A stretch of DNA of 64,000 nt from the human T2T-CHM13v2.0 reference genome, Homo sapiens, in NCBI RefSeq assembly GCF_009914755.1, contig NC_060936.1. One strand, 5' to 3'. Every line of letters starts with the position of its first letter. Within the stretch, counting starts at the first letter, position 1. The translations under genes and the position numbers were made by a program. Positions 60,466-64,000 of the stretch are shown here, one piece after another. The notes beneath the pieces were generated by a model. That model was not told the origin of the DNA. It ran no database searches and was given only the letters and a program-made list of their open reading frames with translations.

Positions 60466-63400
60466 ACCCTTTGATCTTCTACCGATGCATGGGAGGGGTG
60501 GGCCTGGGGGCTGGACTGTCCAGTGTACAGACTTTTTGTCAGTTCCTGGGGACAAATCCTGTTCCCTCCAGCTCTGAGCCACGCAGCTCAGCTTCTTATC
60601 TGTCACCCCTGAAGATATTGGTAGGTTGTGACTCTTTTTGCTTTCTCTACCCCGTGGAATCCAGTGTGGTCCTAATCAGCTTTGAGTCTCCAAAGCTTGC
60701 CCAGCTCTCTTGTCAGCTGGTCTCTTTGTTTTCTTTATCTTTGTGGTGCTGCATATTGTTTAAAGTTACTTGCTGTTGTCCTTCTAGCTGGGTCTCTGGA
60801 AGGGGAAAAAATAAACTGGGGTAGTCAGTCTCCCACCTTTAGCCAGGTGTCCAGGATGATGGGGTGACCTGTGTGCCACTTCGAAGGGGTCGGCAGTCGC
60901 TGTTTGGAGTGCTGGGCTGAGAAGGCTCTAGCAGGGAGGAGTGCTGGGTGGACGGTCATGGCCACGTGCGTAGCCAGGGAAATATTTGTTAGCCCTTCTC
61001 CTTAAGCGATGAGGAGTCATTTAAGGTTTTCGAACAGGGCAGGACGTGGCCAGGGTTGTGCTTAGTTGGTTAACTCTGGCACCCAGACTGGAAGCAGGTG
61101 TGAGACTCCTGCAGTGGAGACCAGGCAAGACGCACGTGCCTCCTGAGGACCTCGGCCGAGAGGCTGGCTTCAGGGTGTGGCGTGGGAGGCAGGATGCTGT
61201 CCACTTTTTCTCAGGAGGGGCTTAAATCATCTCCCAGTCTCCCGTCCAGCCCCGGTTGTGGGAATTGGAACCTGTACAGCTGGCAGTGGCGCTTCCCAAC
61301 CCTGCTGTGAGTCTGAGGGGGCCCCCAGCCCCCTGGAGAAGCCTTCACCCTTGCTTGAGCACTCACCGCCCCCGGCCTGTCCAGGCTCAGCCCTGACTCA
61401 GCGGAAGGAGCTTAGGCGAGCTGATCTGTGGCTCTTTCCCGGCATGGCTCAGGACCCTGGGGATACAGTTGGGGTCAGAGCGGAGACCCAGTTGGCAGTG
61501 GCAGGAAGCACTCATGGGAACACTGCCTTGGAGCGGGAGGTGGCATGTCCGGGACCCTCTTGCACTAGCTCCTGCCTTTAGCTATTGGTGATATTCTGTG
61601 TTCTTCTAGCCACCCTCCAGATAAGGACCATCCTAGGTCTCTTGTTTCACAAGTAGGGGAAACTGAGGCATGGAGTAAGCAGGGCCTGGCCCTGAGTCCC
61701 CCAGCCAGGGTGACCTCTGTCCTGTGGGCACTCCTGTTGGATACATGCTGTGAGATAGATGGGCCCAGATAGACTGAGAGAGATGACAGCTGCACTCTTC
61801 TCACCACGTTACATACAGTCACACGTCTCATCCTCACCACAGCCAAGACTGGATAACCTCATCTGCAGAGGGGAAACTGAGGTACAGACAGGTAGAATCA
61901 CCTGCCAAAGGTTGCCCAGTTCATAGTACCAGACCCATACCAGACCACGGGTCCATACCTGAGCAGCCTGACCCCAGGGTGTGTGCTTGGAGCCACCATA
62001 CTAAACAGTCCTCCTTGCGAAGTCACTGGCTGCCCTCCATGCAGCATCCTGGAGCTTCTCCTGCTCCCACTGGAGAAGGCTCTGAATTGTCTAAAACAGA
62101 TCCCCAGCCCCCTGAGGAACAGCAGGCAGTGGCAGCGTGGGGAGAGCAGACTTAGCTCTGTGCAGTCAATGTAGAGCCAGCCCCTTGGGCTTCTTGGGCG
62201 TTCTCGACCTCAGATATCCCTTCCAGAAAATAGGGCAGTGGCCCTGCGTGGAGACTAAGGTTGCCAGGAAGGAAGGAGGACCTAGAAGGTACTTTTCCAA
62301 ACTTGGTAGTGGCCTGTGTCCTCTCTTTCTTTCTGACTCTTAGGGGAGTTTGGAGGTGGGGGTTGATGGGAGAAGAGAGGGTTGGGACAGCTGGTGCCAA
62401 GGACATGGGATTCAGCAGGTTCCCTTGTGGACCGTGTGCTCCAGCCGTGTGCTGTATGGACCCAGCGCGGCCCTCGGCTTCCAGGAGCTCGCACTCTGGA
62501 TGGGAGGATCCAGCGCGAGTCTCGGGGTCCTGGGACAGGAGCCGCTGGACAGGGGGCTGTGGTGTGCCCCCCAGCAAGGCCCTTCTGATGTGTCATGGCA
62601 GGGCACGGTGGGCAGCAGTTGGCCCCAGCTGGGGCAGAGTCTCAGTTCTACCACTTGAGAACTGTGTCCTGGGCAAATATTGGCTTCTCTGTGCCTCTGC
62701 TTCTTTGTGTGAATAGTCAGCAGTTTGATCTTGGGGACCTGCCAGGGGCTGTGTCGCTGAAGACCCCGTGTATGTGGCCGGCTGGTACTGAGTGGGGGGC
62801 TGTGGCCTGCCCTTGCCCCACCCCTTGCCTGAGCCCTCTGAGTGCCAGCGGCCTGGGCAGGGTGAGGGAGCGCCGGAGGCCAGGGCACCTTGGCGGTCAT
62901 CTGCTCCCTCCTCCGCATGTGTGGGGCGGGCAGAGGCACCAGAGGAAGACACATATGTGACGGGGAAAGGTACATATTCGTGTTTGCTGACAATGAGACT
63001 TTGCGTCAATCGTGGGTCCTCACAGGCTGCCCCGGCTCCCCCCGCATCGGGAAGCTCCTGTCTTCTGCTCCCTGGCCTGGTCCCGCCTTCCCCCTCCATC
63101 AGCTGGTGTGAACTTGGCCACACACAGTTAGGAAGGAAAACTGCTCAGGCAAGGAAACGGTGTCGCCTCTCCCGGAGCCTTTCTTTTCCTGCCTGGCTGT
63201 TTTCTCAGTCCTGGCTCCCAGGCCCTGAATGTGTGTGCTGGAGAGGCAATCAGAACCCCCTTGGAGTGGGAGGAGGACTTGTCCGTCTCCAGTCCAGCCT
63301 CCCTGCCTGTCCCCTGAGTTACTGCTCTTACTGAGGGCGCTGTGGTGGTCATTCATAGACTCTCGGACTGCTGGGACACATTTCCAGCTAGAAGTGGCAT

Positions 63401-64000
63401 CTGCCAGCCTGAAGGGCTGAGGCTGCTAGGGCTGTGCACAGCCTCAGCCCTATCTGCTGAGCGCCACGGGGCCCGGAGCGAGGGACTGATGCGATGAAGC
63501 CCCCTTCCTCCCCCAGAGCCCCGCAAGTCCAGCAGAGGCCACCTGTCTCTGGGGCCGGTGAGAGGGGGCCTTTGGTGGCCCTTAACGCCGCTCTGCCCAT
63601 TGGAAATGCCAGGCAGAGCCGGGCTGCACCGTGGAGGCAGCAGAGTACCCCAGGCCTTCCTCCCATCTCAGCCTGCTCTTCCCTTTCAGTCCCTGACATT
63701 TCTCCCAGGCACATACCAGCACATGACAATGAATCTGAGCCCCTCCAGGCCCCCACACCCGGGCTGCGGCTGTCTCTGCTCATCTGTCAGTCACCCGATC
63801 CCCCACACCTGTTCCAGGCACAGCTGCCCACCCGCACGCACAGCTATGAATAGGGCGGAGGGAGGGTTGCAAGGGGGCACTCACAGGGCAGGGGACCGGG
63901 GCAGCTCTCATTTTTTCTTAGGCCAAGAAGCGTAGCTTGTTTTGGGTGGGTGCTCAGTGTGGGGGGATATGAGGGTGGACAGGAAATGTCAGGAAGGAGT

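Overview
This is primate (almost certainly human) genomic DNA from inside the TEAD4 gene (TEA-domain transcription factor, Hippo/YAP pathway), on the + strand. Eight coding exons can be reconstructed with GT-AG boundaries and consistent phases: 24861-25115, 41127-41191, 42293-42355, 47521-47649, 48668-48711, 49238-49293, 50756-50895 and 51967-52140. These are exons 3-10 in the usual numbering (numbering from memory). They splice to 897 nt of CDS (299 codons) covering the TEA DNA-binding domain, the Pro-rich linker and the first part of the YAP-binding domain. Translation starts at a non-AUG TTG at 24890. The promoter, first exons and last exons lie outside the window. The rest is intronic and dense in repeats: about 50 Alus, old L1/L2/MIR fragments, MaLR and MER21 LTRs, and Tigger and hAT DNA transposons. 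Nearly all ORFs in the supplied track are Alu-derived or GC-rich noise. I see no wholly new gene system. The best leads concern TEAD4 isoform control: two near-cognate starts followed by an out-of-frame AUG that opens a 43-aa spliced ORF, a candidate poison exon with strong splice sites in intron 3, a candidate in-frame 78-nt cassette exon in intron 5, and inverted Alus flanking the start-codon exon. Repeat family names are recognised by eye and repeat boundaries are approximate unless a TSD or TIR is quoted.
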